The notes: generated by a model from the sequence alone, not told the origin. Shown: positions 23,297-38,123, numbered from the stretch's first letter. The stretch is DNA of 64,000 bases from Gallionellaceae bacterium (GCA_037446515.1 JBBIIN010000001.1:45556-109555), one strand, 5' to 3'. Numbers and translations: made by a program.

Positions 23297-23917
23297 CTAT
23301 TTTTGATCGGGCAAGGCGGCAACGGCTTCTTCGGTAGCCACCACCACGCCCATCGAGACGATGGCCTTGAACGCCGCATCCACCGACATATCCAACTCGA
23401 CGGTCTCGGACTTCTTCACATAGAAATAAAAGCCGTTGACCGGGCTGGGCGTGGTCGGCACGAACACGCCGACATATTCGTCGCCGGAAAGCACGCGCGA
23501 CACCTCGCCCGGCACGCTGGTCAGAAAGGCCAACGACCAGGATTGCGCGTGCGGATAGCGCACCAGCAGCACCTTGCGAAAGGAGTTCCCGCTTTCGGAA
23601 AGCAAGGTGTCGCTCACCTGCTTCACGCTGTTGTAGATCGCGTTCACGAACGGGATGCGGCGCAGCAACCCTTCCCACCATTCCAGCAACTGCCGGCCGA
23701 ACACATTGCGCACCAGCAACCCGGTGAGCAGGATGGTGCCGACCGTGAGGATCACGCCCAGGCCGGGGATGTGCACCCCGAGCAGATTGTCCGGGTGCCA
23801 CGCCTGCGGCAACAACAACAGGCTCTTGTCCAGCGTGCCAATGATCAGGCTCAACACCCACAGCGTGATCGCCAGGGGAACCAGCACCAGCAGGCCGGTG
23901 ATGAGATATTTCTTCAC
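23297..23917 (-). CDS. DUF502 family membrane protein
   Basis: KKYLITGLLVLVP, RIPFVNAIY, FVPTTPSPVNG; GTG start overlapping the upstream stop. Confidence 0.85.
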   Translation of the reverse strand: MKKYLITGLLVLVPLAITLWVLSLIIGTLDKSLLLLPQAWHPDNLLGVHIPGLGVILTVGTILLTGLLVRNVFGRQLLEWWEGLLRRIPFVNAIYNSVKQVSDTLLSESGNSFRKVLLVRYPHAQSWSLAFLTSVPGEVSRVLSGDEYVGVFVPTTPSPVNGFYFYVKKSETVELDMSVDAAFKAIVSMGVVVATEEAVAALPDQK

Positions 23918-24168
23918 GCGTTGCCTTGGGCAGCCGGACAGGAACCAGCCGCCGCGCATGGTGCGCAGGCAGGCTCGGACTTGGGCTTGTCCTTGAAGTC
24001 AGTCGCGTAATAACCGTTTCCTTTGAGCTGGAAAGCGGCGGCGGAAAGTTGCTTGCCGAACGTCTGCTGGCCACACTCCGGGCAAACGGTCAATGGCGCA
24101 TCGCTGACTTTCTGCATCACATCCTTCTGCGCCCCGCAGCTACTGCATCGATATTCGTAAATTGGCAT
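23914..24168 (-). CDS. FmdB-family zinc-ribbon regulatory protein
   Basis: MPIYEYRC..C, CPEC, FQLKGNGYYATDF. Confidence 0.9.
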   Translation of the reverse strand: MPIYEYRCSSCGAQKDVMQKVSDAPLTVCPECGQQTFGKQLSAAAFQLKGNGYYATDFKDKPKSEPACAPCAAAGSCPAAQGNA

Positions 24169-24173
24169 GTTGA

Positions 24174-27002
<2,829 letters not shown>

Positions 27003-27019
27003 CAGCACGCCCAGAAAAC

Positions 27020-27052
27020 AAAAAACCCGACGCTTTCACGTCGGGCTTTTTT
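27020..27052. terminator. Bidirectional intrinsic terminator between icd and csp
   Basis: A-tract, CCCGACG/CGTCGGG stem, then T6. Confidence 0.8.
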
Positions 27053-27073
27053 AGCGCAACAAAAAACCGCTAA

Positions 27074-27277
27074 TTAGGCGGCTTGGATGTTGGAGGCTTG
27101 CTTGCCCTTGGGGCCTTGCACCACTTCGAAAGAGACCTTCTGACCTTCTTTCAGGGTCTTGAAACCGCTCATGTTGATGGCGGAGAAATGTGCGAACAGA
27201 TCTTCGCTGCCATCATCGGGAGTGATGAAACCAAAACCCTTTGCGTCGTTGAACCACTTGACTGTACCGTTTGCCAT
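27074..27277 (-). CDS. Cold-shock domain protein (divergent from clpS, the cspD position)
   Basis: GTVKWFN, KGFGFI, LFAHFS; 67 aa. Confidence 0.95.
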   Translation of the reverse strand: MANGTVKWFNDAKGFGFITPDDGSEDLFAHFSAINMSGFKTLKEGQKVSFEVVQGPKGKQASNIQAA

Positions 27278-27401
27278 GCTTTGCTTCCTTACAAAAAACG
27301 ACGGGTGGAATCCCGTCAAATTGCTTGAACCTGAAAGACCGCGTGGGACCGCACATGGCAAAACCAGCACTGCAGATACTTTGATTCAAACACCCGCGCG
27401 C

Positions 27402-27431
27402 TTTTTACCCCACGACAACTAAGGCCGTCAA
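27402..27431 (-). promoter_or_regulatory. Putative sigma70 promoter of csp
   Basis: Minus strand TTGACG-N18-TAAAAA followed by GCGCGCGGG. Confidence 0.5.
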
Positions 27432-27520
27432 GCGCAAAATGCAAATATTTCCAGAACAGGCTTGAAAAAGGCACCCTAATCGTCAAATATGCGGTAACAG
27501 GCAATGCAAGAATGAAACGT

Positions 27521-27823
27521 ATGGCCACGAAGCAAGAAAACCTGAGCCTGCTGGAGCGCAGCAAAACCAAACCGCCGAAGCTATACAAAGTCGTTCTGCT
27601 GAACGATGATTACACCACGATGGAGTTCGTGGTCGAAGTCCTGAAAGTGTTTTTTGCGATGGGGGTGGAACAAGCCATGCAGGTCATGCTCAAAGTCCAC
27701 AACGAAGGCTCGGCGGTATGCGGCCTTTACCCCAGGGACATCGCGGAGACCAAGGTGCAGCAGGTTATCGGGTATGCAACACAGCATGGGCATCCTTTGC
27801 AATGCCGCATGGAGGAAAATTAA
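27521..27823 (+). CDS. clpS: ClpAP adaptor ClpS
   Basis: [26 protein letters not shown]. Confidence 0.96.
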   Translation: MATKQENLSLLERSKTKPPKLYKVVLLNDDYTTMEFVVEVLKVFFAMGVEQAMQVMLKVHNEGSAVCGLYPRDIAETKVQQVIGYATQHGHPLQCRMEEN

Positions 27824-30085
27824 ATGATCGCGCAAGAACTGGAAGTCAGCCTGCATCTCGCTTTTGTCGAAGCCCGGCAAAAACGCCACGAGTTCATCAC
27901 CGTGGAACATCTGCTGCTGGCGATGCTGGACAACCCCTCTGCCGCGCACGTGCTGCGCGCCTGCGGTGCGGATATTGAGGAGCTGCGCGCGGTGCTGGTC
28001 AACCACATCGAGACGCACACGCCTGTCGTGCCCGGCACGGGCGAAGTGGACACCCAGCCCACAGTGGGCTTCCAGCGCGTCATCCAGCGCGCCATCCTGC
28101 ATGTGCAGTCCACCAACAAGAAGGAAGTGACCGGAGCCAACATCCTGGTCGCGCTGTTCGGCGAGAAGGAATCGCACGCAGTGTATTTCCTCAACCAGCG
28201 CGCCATCACCCGCCTCGACGTGGTGAACTATATCTCCCACGGCATCAACAAGGCCGCGGAGGCGCAACCCGCCGCGCAGAAGACCGCGAACGAAACCGAG
28301 GAAGAACAGGAAAGCAAGAACGACGGCGCGCTCGCCAACTACACCCTGGATCTCAACGCACATGCACAGGCGGGCAAGGTTGACCCGCTGATCGGGCGCG
28401 ACTTGGAGCTGGAACGGGTGATCCAGACCCTGTGCCGCCGCCGCAAGAACAATCCACTGCTGGTGGGCGAGGCCGGTGTCGGCAAGACCGCCATCGCCGA
28501 GGGCTTGGCACGCCGCATCACTGAAGGGGACGTGCCCGACATCCTCAAGGATGCCCATGTGTATGCGCTGGACATGGGCTCGCTGCTGGCAGGCACCAAA
28601 TATCGCGGCGACTTTGAGCAACGCCTGAAGGCGGTGCTGAAGGAGTTGAAGGATGCGCCCAACGCAGTGTTGTTCATCGACGAGATCCACACCCTGATCG
28701 GCGCGGGCGCGGCCTCCGGCGGCACCATGGACGCCTCCAACCTGCTCAAGCCAGCGCTCTCCAGCGGCACGCTGAAGTGCATAGGCGCGACCACCTATCA
28801 GGAATATCGCGGCATCTTCGAGAAAGATTCCGCGCTGTCGCGCCGTTTCCAGAAGATAGACGTACCCGAGCCTTCGGTGGAGCAGACTATCGAGATATTA
28901 AAGGGGTTGAAGACGCGCTTCGAGGAACACCATAGCGTCAAGTTCAGCGCCGCCGCGCTCACCAGCGCCGCCGAGCTTTCCGCGCGCTTCATCAACGACC
29001 GCCACCTGCCGGACAAAGCCATCGACGTACTGGACGAGGCCGGTGCCGCACAGCGCATCCTGCCCAAATCCAGGCAAAAGAAGACCATAGGCAAGCACGA
29101 GATCGAAGAGATCATCGCCAAGATCGCGCGCATCCCGGCGCGCACCGTATCGCACGACGACAAGAACGCGTTGAAGAACCTGGAACGCGACCTGAAAGCC
29201 ACCGTGTTCGGCCAGGACAAGGCCCTCGAAGTGCTGTCCCGCGCCATCAAGATGTCGCGCAGCGGCCTAGGCAACCCACAGAAACCCATCGGCAGCTTCC
29301 TGTTCTCCGGCCCCACAGGCGTGGGCAAGACCGAAGTGGCGCGCCAGCTCGCTTTCATCATGGGTATGCCCATCCACCGCTTTGACATGTCCGAATACAT
29401 GGAACGCCATGCGGTGTCCCGCCTGATCGGCGCACCGCCCGGCTATATCGGCTTCGAGCAGGGCGGCCTGCTCACCGAGGCCATCAGCAAACAGCCGCAT
29501 TGCGTGCTGCTGCTGGACGAGATCGAGAAGGCACACCCTGATATCTTCAACATCCTGTTGCAGGTGATGGACCACGGCACGTTGACCGACAACAATGGGC
29601 GCAAGGCTGATTTCCGCAACGTAGTCCTCATCATGACCACCAACGCAGGCGCGGAAGCACTGAATAAGGCGCAGATTGGCTTCACCAAGACTGCTGTTGC
29701 CGGTGACGAAATGACCGACATCAAACGCCTGTTCACACCCGAGTTCCGCAACCGCCTGGACGCCATCGTATCCTTCGCCCCGCTATCGAAGGAGATTATC
29801 CTGCGCGTGGTGGACAAATTCCTCATACAACTGGAAGAACAGTTGCACGAGAAAAAAGTGGAGGTCGAATTCACCGCCGCACTCAAGGACTATCTCGCCG
29901 AGCACGGCTTCGACCCGCTGATGGGCGCCCGCCCCATGGCACGCCTGATCCAGGACACCATCCGCTCCGCATTGGCCGACGAACTGTTGTTCGGCAAACT
30001 GGCGAACGGCGGCAAGGTCACCGTGGATGTGAAGGATGGTAAGGTGGCGCTGGAGTTCGACGAAGAAGAAGTTGTCACTGCCTGA
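27824..30085 (+). CDS. clpA: ATP-dependent Clp protease ATP-binding subunit ClpA
   Basis: Two AAA+ modules (GEAGVGKT, GPTGVGKT), follows clpS. Confidence 0.97.
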   Translation: MIAQELEVSLHLAFVEARQKRHEFITVEHLLLAMLDNPSAAHVLRACGADIEELRAVLVNHIETHTPVVPGTGEVDTQPTVGFQRVIQRAILHVQSTNKKEVTGANILVALFGEKESHAVYFLNQRAITRLDVVNYISHGINKAAEAQPAAQKTANETEEEQESKNDGALANYTLDLNAHAQAGKVDPLIGRDLELERVIQTLCRRRKNNPLLVGEAGVGKTAIAEGLARRITEGDVPDILKDAHVYALDMGSLLAGTKYRGDFEQRLKAVLKELKDAPNAVLFIDEIHTLIGAGAASGGTMDASNLLKPALSSGTLKCIGATTYQEYRGIFEKDSALSRRFQKIDVPEPSVEQTIEILKGLKTRFEEHHSVKFSAAALTSAAELSARFINDRHLPDKAIDVLDEAGAAQRILPKSRQKKTIGKHEIEEIIAKIARIPARTVSHDDKNALKNLERDLKATVFGQDKALEVLSRAIKMSRSGLGNPQKPIGSFLFSGPTGVGKTEVARQLAFIMGMPIHRFDMSEYMERHAVSRLIGAPPGYIGFEQGGLLTEAISKQPHCVLLLDEIEKAHPDIFNILLQVMDHGTLTDNNGRKADFRNVVLIMTTNAGAEALNKAQIGFTKTAVAGDEMTDIKRLFTPEFRNRLDAIVSFAPLSKEIILRVVDKFLIQLEEQLHEKKVEVEFTAALKDYLAEHGFDPLMGARPMARLIQDTIRSALADELLFGKLANGGKVTVDVKDGKVALEFDEEEVVTA

Positions 30086-31007
30086 TTCCGGCTATCGGGG
30101 AAGGTTTGCACCTTCCCCCACTGGCTGCCTCCACTTCGGTTCGCTCGTCGCTGCGGTCGGCAGTTACCTCGATGCAAAGCACAACAACGGAACTTGGCTG
30201 GTGCGCATGGAAGACCTCGACATGCCACGCTGCGTGCCGGGCACGGCGGAAGGCATCCTGCATACGCTGGAGAGGTTCAGCCTGATCAGCGACGAGCCTG
30301 TGATGTACCAGAGCCAGCGCAAGGCGTTCTACGAGGAGGCGCTGCAACGGTTGAAAGATTCGGGTGCGGCCTATCCCTGCTGCTGCACGCGCAAGAAGAT
30401 CGCGGATTCAGCTTTGCACGGCATCGAGGGGTTTGTCTATCCCGGAACGTGCCGGAGGGGCATGATTCATCAGCACACCATGCCCGCTTGGCGCGTGCGA
30501 ACGGATGCCACCCCCACCTGTTTCGACGATACCCTGCAAGGCCGCATCACCCAGCACCTCGAACGCGAGATCGGCGATTTCGTGGTGAAGCGCGCGGATG
30601 GCCTATTCGCCTATCAACTCGCGGTGGTGGTGGACGATGCTGCGCAGGGCATCACGCATGTGGTGCGCGGTTCCGACTTGCTCGCATCCACGCCGCGCCA
30701 GATCCACCTGCAACGCCTGCTCGGCCTGCCCGTGCCGCACTACATGCACCTGCCTGTCGTCGTGGATGATGCAGGAGAAAAACTGAGTAAGCAGACATTG
30801 GCTGCCCCGGTGGATGTGTCGCAACCCACCGCAACGCTGCTGAGCGTACTGAATTTTCTGAGACAGGAGGTGCCTGCCGGTGTGGCAGACGGCGGGGTGT
30901 GCTCGATACTGGAGAGCGCAGCGCACAACTGGCAGCCGCAGCGGCTAGCCGGTCTGCTTGCGCTGCCTGCGGTGGCGGATGAACTCGCGCAGCGCGGGAA
31001 TGAATGA
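30072..31007 (+). CDS. gluQ: Glutamyl-Q tRNA(Asp) synthetase
   Basis: GRFAPSPTG.LHFGS, KLSKQ, no anticodon-binding domain. Start (TTG 30072 or CTG 30078) is uncertain. Confidence 0.9.
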   Translation: MSLPDSGYRGRFAPSPTGCLHFGSLVAAVGSYLDAKHNNGTWLVRMEDLDMPRCVPGTAEGILHTLERFSLISDEPVMYQSQRKAFYEEALQRLKDSGAAYPCCCTRKKIADSALHGIEGFVYPGTCRRGMIHQHTMPAWRVRTDATPTCFDDTLQGRITQHLEREIGDFVVKRADGLFAYQLAVVVDDAAQGITHVVRGSDLLASTPRQIHLQRLLGLPVPHYMHLPVVVDDAGEKLSKQTLAAPVDVSQPTATLLSVLNFLRQEVPAGVADGGVCSILESAAHNWQPQRLAGLLALPAVADELAQRGNE

Positions 31008-31586
31008 GATGAAGATAATGGCGACGATCATCAAGGTGAGGTTATTCTTGATGAACGGGATGTTGCCGAAGAAATATCCCGCCAGTGTCAGGCTGCTGAT
31101 CCAGGCCGCGCTGCCCATCGCGCTGAAAGTGACGAACAGGCGATAGCGCATGGAACCGATACCCGCCACGAAGGGCGCGAAGGTGCGGATGATGGGCAGG
31201 AAACGCGCGAAGAGAATCGTCTTGCCACCGTGCCTGGCGTAGAACGACTGGGTTTTCTCCAGGTTCTCATGCTTGAAAAAGCGCGAGTCGTGCTTGAACA
31301 GCTTGATGCCGAAACGGCGGCCTATCCAGTAGTTGGTGTTGTCGCCGAGGAAGGCGGCCAGCATCAGCAGCGGCATCAGCACCTGCAATTCCAGTGAGCC
31401 CATGCCGCACAGCGCGCCGGCCACGAACAGCAGCGAATCGCCCGGCAGGAAGGGCGCAACCACCAGGCCAGTCTCGGCAAAGATGATAGCGAACAGGATG
31501 GCATAGACCCACACGCCATAGTCATGCACCAGCGCGAGCAGGTGCGTATCCAGATGCAGGACGATGTCGAGCAAGACCAGGCTCAA
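30945..31586 (-). CDS. DedA family membrane protein
   Basis: FAETGL..PFLPGDSLLF, ARFLPIIRTFAPF. Confidence 0.92.
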   Translation of the reverse strand: MSLVLLDIVLHLDTHLLALVHDYGVWVYAILFAIIFAETGLVVAPFLPGDSLLFVAGALCGMGSLELQVLMPLLMLAAFLGDNTNYWIGRRFGIKLFKHDSRFFKHENLEKTQSFYARHGGKTILFARFLPIIRTFAPFVAGIGSMRYRLFVTFSAMGSAAWISSLTLAGYFFGNIPFIKNNLTLMIVAIIFISFIPALREFIRHRRQRKQTG

Positions 31587-32515
31587 GGCAGCACTTCTTC
31601 GGCTTCAGTCTTTTCCGGCTTGATGAAGTCTTCGCGCGACACGCCGAACATCAGCAGCAAGGGACTGGCCACCAGCACCGAGGAATAGATGCTGAACAGG
31701 ATGCCGATGGTCAGCGCCAGCGCAAAGTAATGCAGCGTCTCCCCGCCGAGAAACAACATGGAGGTAACCATGATCTGCGTGCAGCCGTGGGTGATAATGG
31801 TGCGCGACATGGTGCGCGTGATGGCGTTGTCAATGATCTCCGCCACTTCGGTTTTGCGCATCTTGCGGAAGTTCTCGCGGATCCGGTCGAACACCACGAC
31901 CGATTCGTTCACCGAGTAGCCCAGCACGGCCAGCACAGCCGCCAGCACGGAGAGCGAGAACTCCCACTGAAAAAAGGCAAAGCAGCCGAGGATGATGACC
32001 ACGTCGTGCAGGTTGGCGATGATCGCCGCCACGCCGAACTTCCACTCGAAGCGCAGCCACAGATAGCCGACGATGCCCAGCGAGACCAGCAACAGTGCCA
32101 TCGAGCCGTTCTCCACCAGATCCTTGCCGACCTGCGGGCCGACGAACTCGACGCGGCGCAGTTCGGCGCTGGCGTCCTGCGCCTTCAGCGTCACCATCAC
32201 CTGCTCGGAAAGTTTGGCGCCCACCTTGTTCTGCTTGAGCGGCACCTGGATCAGCACGTCCTTGCTGGAGCCGAAGTTCTGCACCAGCGCATCGTTGAGA
32301 CCGATGCCGCCCAGTTGCGCGCGCACCTTGTCCAGATCGGCGGACTGCGCGTAATGCACTTCCATCACCGTGCCACCGGTGAAGTCCACACCGAAGTTCA
32401 ACCCCTTGGTGGCAAGGAAAAACACGGCCAGCAGGAAAGTCACCAGCGAGATGCTGGTCGTCACTTTCCCGTAACTCATGAAGGGGATGTCTTTTTTGAT
32501 CCTGAAGAATTCCAT
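31583..32515 (-). CDS. secF: Protein translocase subunit SecF
   Basis: GVDFTGG, VGPQVG, GYSVNESVVVFDRIRE. Confidence 0.96.
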   Translation of the reverse strand: MEFFRIKKDIPFMSYGKVTTSISLVTFLLAVFFLATKGLNFGVDFTGGTVMEVHYAQSADLDKVRAQLGGIGLNDALVQNFGSSKDVLIQVPLKQNKVGAKLSEQVMVTLKAQDASAELRRVEFVGPQVGKDLVENGSMALLLVSLGIVGYLWLRFEWKFGVAAIIANLHDVVIILGCFAFFQWEFSLSVLAAVLAVLGYSVNESVVVFDRIRENFRKMRKTEVAEIIDNAITRTMSRTIITHGCTQIMVTSMLFLGGETLHYFALALTIGILFSIYSSVLVASPLLLMFGVSREDFIKPEKTEAEEVLP

Positions 32516-32526
32516 GTCGTTTCCCT

Positions 32527-34338
32527 TTAACCGATGGACACCTTGTTCAACCGCGTCTTGCGACCGTAGAACAGGTTGACCATTGCACGCGACACCAGCA
32601 CGGCGCTGAACATCGAGGTCAGGATGCCGAGACACAGCACCACGGCGAAGCCCTTGATCGGGCCGGAACCGAACATGAACAGCGCGATACCGGCGATCAG
32701 CGTGGTGATGTTGGAGTCGAGGATGGTGGCGAAGGCATTGTCGTAGCCGGCATGGATGGCCGCCTGTGGCGGTACGCCGTTGCGCAGCTCTTCACGGATG
32801 CGCTCGTTGATCAGCACGTTGGCGTCAATCGCCATACCCAGCGTCAGCGCGATACCCGCCATGCCCGGCAAAGTCAGCGTGGCCTGCAACATGGACAGCA
32901 ACGCCACCAGCAACAACAGATTGGCCAGCAGCGCCAGCACCGAGATGGCGCCGAACATCAGGTAGTACACCGCCATGAAGACCGTGATCGCGATGAAGCC
33001 GATCTTGGTCGAATCGAAACCGCGCTTGATGTTGTCCGCGCCCAGGCTGGGTCCGACGGTGCGCTCCTCCACGATCTCCATCGGCGCGGCCAATGCGCCG
33101 GCGCGCAGCAACAGCGCGGTATCCTGCGCCTCTTCGCTACTCATGCGGCCACTGATCTGCACGCGCCCGCCGCCGATCTCCTCGCGGATTACCGGCGCGG
33201 TGACGACCTCGCCCTTGCCTTTCTCGAACAGAATGATGGCCATGCGCTTGCCCACGTTCTCGCGCGTCGCTTCCTTAAACTTGCGCGCACCGACCGCGTC
33301 GAGGTTGATATGCACCGCCGGTTCGTTGCTGCGGTTGTCGAAACCGGGCTGCGCGTCGTTGATGCGTTCGCCGGTCAGGATCACGCCCTTCTTCACCAGC
33401 AGCGGCGTGCCGTCGCGGTCCTTGAACAGTTCGGTGCCAAAGGGGGCCGCCCCGCCCATGCCGACCTGGTGCTCGTCATCCACCAGCCGCACCTCCAGCG
33501 TGGCGGTGCGTCCCAGGATATCCTTGGCACGCGCGGTATCCTGCACACCCGGCAATTGCACCACCACGCGATCCGCTCCCTGCTGCTGGATAACCGGCTC
33601 GGCCACGCCGAGTTCGTTGACGCGGTTGCGCAGCGTCATCAGATTCTGCTGCACGGCGGAATCCTGGATGCGCAATTGCTCCTGTTGCTTGAGCGTCGCC
33701 ACCAGCAGGTATTCGCCGCCTTCCTCGCGCGGCACGAATTCCAGCCCGGCGAAGCGCTGCTTCAGTTCCGCATCGCCCTTGCTGCGCGCTGCCGCGTCGC
33801 GGAAGCGGGTGGTGATCGAACCACCTTCGCGGGTCACCCCGGCGTAGGCGATGTTGGCGTCACGCAAGGTGCTGCGGATATCGCCGGAGAACGACTCCAG
33901 CGCCTTGTCCAGGGCCGCCTTCATGTCCACCTGCATCAGGAAGTGCACGCCGCCGCGCAGGTCAAGACCGAGATACATCGGCAGCGCATTCAGCGAGGCC
34001 AGCCATTGCGGCGAGCGCGACAACAGGTTGAGCGCCACCACATAGTCGTCACCCAGTTGTGTATGCAGCACATCCTTGGCCTTGAGCTGGCTGTCGGTGT
34101 CGGCGAAGCGCGCCTTCACGCTGGTCGCGTCCAGCGACAGCGCTTCTGGCGTCAACTGCGCAGCACGCAACGCCTCGTCCACGCGCTTCAGCAGGGCGGC
34201 ATCCGCTTTCAGGCTGGAGCGCAACGGCAACACCTGCACTGCGGGCGACTCGCCATACAGGTTGGGCAGGGCATATACCAGACCGGCAACAATCGTGAAC
34301 AGAATCAGCAGGTATTTCCAGAGCGGGTAACGGTTCAT
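32527..34338 (-). CDS. secD: Protein translocase subunit SecD
   Basis: LGLDLRGG, VGPSLG, GMAIDANVLINERIREE. Confidence 0.96.
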   Translation of the reverse strand: MNRYPLWKYLLILFTIVAGLVYALPNLYGESPAVQVLPLRSSLKADAALLKRVDEALRAAQLTPEALSLDATSVKARFADTDSQLKAKDVLHTQLGDDYVVALNLLSRSPQWLASLNALPMYLGLDLRGGVHFLMQVDMKAALDKALESFSGDIRSTLRDANIAYAGVTREGGSITTRFRDAAARSKGDAELKQRFAGLEFVPREEGGEYLLVATLKQQEQLRIQDSAVQQNLMTLRNRVNELGVAEPVIQQQGADRVVVQLPGVQDTARAKDILGRTATLEVRLVDDEHQVGMGGAAPFGTELFKDRDGTPLLVKKGVILTGERINDAQPGFDNRSNEPAVHINLDAVGARKFKEATRENVGKRMAIILFEKGKGEVVTAPVIREEIGGGRVQISGRMSSEEAQDTALLLRAGALAAPMEIVEERTVGPSLGADNIKRGFDSTKIGFIAITVFMAVYYLMFGAISVLALLANLLLLVALLSMLQATLTLPGMAGIALTLGMAIDANVLINERIREELRNGVPPQAAIHAGYDNAFATILDSNITTLIAGIALFMFGSGPIKGFAVVLCLGILTSMFSAVLVSRAMVNLFYGRKTRLNKVSIG

Positions 34339-34370
34339 TGCGGCACCTTGCTTGCTGCTTCAGGAATCGG

Positions 34371-34709
34371 TTAAAGAGACTTGATGGAGCCCTTGGGCAG
34401 CACAGTCTGCATGGCAGACTTCTGCACCTGCACCACCACGTTGTCGGCGATCTCGATCGCCACATTGTCTTCACCGACCTTGACCACCTTGCCCAGCACG
34501 CCGCCGGCGGTGGCAACCTCATCCCCCTTTTGCAACGCATCCATCATCGCCCTGTGTTCCTTGGCGCGTTTCTGCTGCGGACGCAGGACAAGGAAATAAA
34601 ACACCGCCAGCAAGGCGATCAGGGGCAGGAAATCCATGAAACTGCCGCCCTGTGGCGCGCCGCCGTCGGCATAGGCATTACTGATGAACAATTCGCTGAT
34701 GGAAACCAT
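34371..34709 (-). CDS. yajC: Preprotein translocase subunit YajC
   Basis: FYFLVLRPQQKR, GDEVATAGG; SD GAGGAG. Confidence 0.93.
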   Translation of the reverse strand: MVSISELFISNAYADGGAPQGGSFMDFLPLIALLAVFYFLVLRPQQKRAKEHRAMMDALQKGDEVATAGGVLGKVVKVGEDNVAIEIADNVVVQVQKSAMQTVLPKGSIKSL

Positions 34710-34783
34710 GATGACTCCTCTTGGATAAACCGGGTTCAAAAAATCAAAGGCGCGCATTCTAGCACGGAAGGAAGGGCCGCCTG

Positions 34784-36918
<2,135 letters not shown>

Positions 36919-36957
36919 GCCTGCAAGAGAAACGAAAAATCGGGTCGCGCATTGTAG

Positions 36958-36986
36958 TTGATGAAGCCGGGCGTTTCATGGATAAT
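36958..36986 (+). promoter_or_regulatory. sigma70 promoter of tRNA-Leu, back to back with the queA -10
   Basis: TTGATG-N17-GATAAT; minus-strand TACAAT at 36951-36956. Confidence 0.6.
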
Positions 36987-37038
36987 TCGCGCCCTTCCGC
37001 ATCGGCTTGCCATGATGCGCGATATAGATAGCACCCTT

Positions 37039-37125
37039 GCCGGGGTGATGGAACTGGTAGACGTGCCGGACTCAAAATCCGGTGCCAGAGATGGCGTGAG
37101 GGTTCGAGTCCCTCCCCCGGCACCA
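37039..37125 (+). tRNA. tRNA-Leu(CAA)
   Basis: 87 nt; GCCGGGG acceptor stem, anticodon arm CCGGA-CTCAAAA-TCCGG, long variable arm, GGTTCGAGTCC, encoded CCA. Confidence 0.96.
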
Positions 37126-37139
37126 AGACACATACAAAC

Positions 37140-37162
37140 AACCCGCTCCTTGCGGGTTTTTT
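37140..37162 (+). terminator. Terminator after tRNA-Leu
   Basis: AACCCGC/GCGGGTT stem followed by a T-tract. Confidence 0.8.
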
Positions 37163-37402
37163 GTGACCTGAATACCAACAAACCCCAATAGGCACAAGCC
37201 TTTCATCAGTTCGCCATCGTTCGAGAAAGTTCGCCCTCGTTCACCCTTAACCTCTTCCTTCTTTTGGGGAAATTGGGGGTAGCCCCCCACCAATTCAACA
37301 TTGCTATTCCTGCCTGCCGTGTCAACCCTCTCATGCACGATTGCGTTACTAGGCGCGACACAGTCGTGTCATGAACGTTTATCAACTTACTGGAGCTCCA
37401 AC

Positions 37403-37615
37403 ATGAAATTGCTGTCCACTCTGATCGCCGCTGTTTTCGCTGCTGTTTCCTTCTCCGCTGCTGCTGCCGAGGCTGCCAAGCCCGCTGCTGCTCCTGCTGC
37501 CGCCGCCGCTCCTGCTGCCGCCGCTCCGGCCAAGGAAGAAGCCAAGCCTGCCAAGAAGGCCAAGGCTCACAAGAAGTCCAAGAAGTCCAAGAAGGCTGAC
37601 GCAGCTGCCAAGTAA
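37403..37615 (+). CDS. Small exported Ala/Lys-rich low-complexity protein (Asr-like composition)
   Basis: Signal peptide MKLLSTLIAAVFAAVSFSAAA, then PAAA repeats and a Lys-rich tail; SD GGAG; own terminator. Confidence 0.8.
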   Translation: MKLLSTLIAAVFAAVSFSAAAAEAAKPAAAPAAAAAPAAAAPAKEEAKPAKKAKAHKKSKKSKKADAAAK

Positions 37616-37630
37616 TCATCGGCAACTGGG

Positions 37631-37658
37631 AAAAGGCAGGGGCAACCCTGCCTTTTTT
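37631..37658 (+). terminator. Intrinsic terminator
   Basis: AAAAGGCAGGG-GCAA-CCCTGCCTTTT(TT). Confidence 0.88.
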
Positions 37659-37676
37659 ATTTGGTAAAATCCCGAC

Positions 37677-38123
37677 ATGATCTGGAAACCTCACGCAACC
37701 GTCGCAGCCGTTCTTGAACAGGAAGGCAAATTCCTTTTGGTCGAAGAAGAGACCGAACAGGGCATCCGCTTCAACCAGCCCGCAGGCCACTGGGAGCCGA
37801 ACGAAACGCTGACCGCCGGTGCGGTGCGCGAGGTGCTGGAAGAATCGGCCTATGATTTCGAGCCAGAATATCTGATCGGCGTCTATCGCTGGCATTCGGT
37901 GAAAGCCAATGTCACCTACCTGCGCTTCGCCTTCGGCGGCAAGATCCTCGGCCATCATCCTAAACGCAAACTGGACAACGGCATCCTGCGCGCGGTGTGG
38001 ATGACGCCGGACGAGATCCGCGCCACCCAAGCGCGCCACCGCAGCCCGCTGATCCTGCGCTGCGTGGAAGACTACCTGGCAGGCAAGCGCTATCCGCTCG
38101 ATCTGATCACGCATTATGCGTAA
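37677..38123 (+). CDS. nudJ: Nudix hydrolase, NudJ-like
   Basis: WKPHATVAAV, NQPAGH.E, REVLEE, HRSPL; upstream of mnmA. Confidence 0.8.
   Translation: MIWKPHATVAAVLEQEGKFLLVEEETEQGIRFNQPAGHWEPNETLTAGAVREVLEESAYDFEPEYLIGVYRWHSVKANVTYLRFAFGGKILGHHPKRKLDNGILRAVWMTPDEIRATQARHRSPLILRCVEDYLAGKRYPLDLITHYA

Noticed and set aside
27461-27492. Possible sigma32 promoter for clpSA (CTTGAAA...)
   Set aside because: The -35 fits, but the -10 region (CGTCAAAT) is a poor match to CCCCAT; too weak to call.
37039-37400. tRNA-Leu as an island attachment site
   Set aside because: I saw no duplicated tRNA 3' end and no integrase in the window; the site looks empty.
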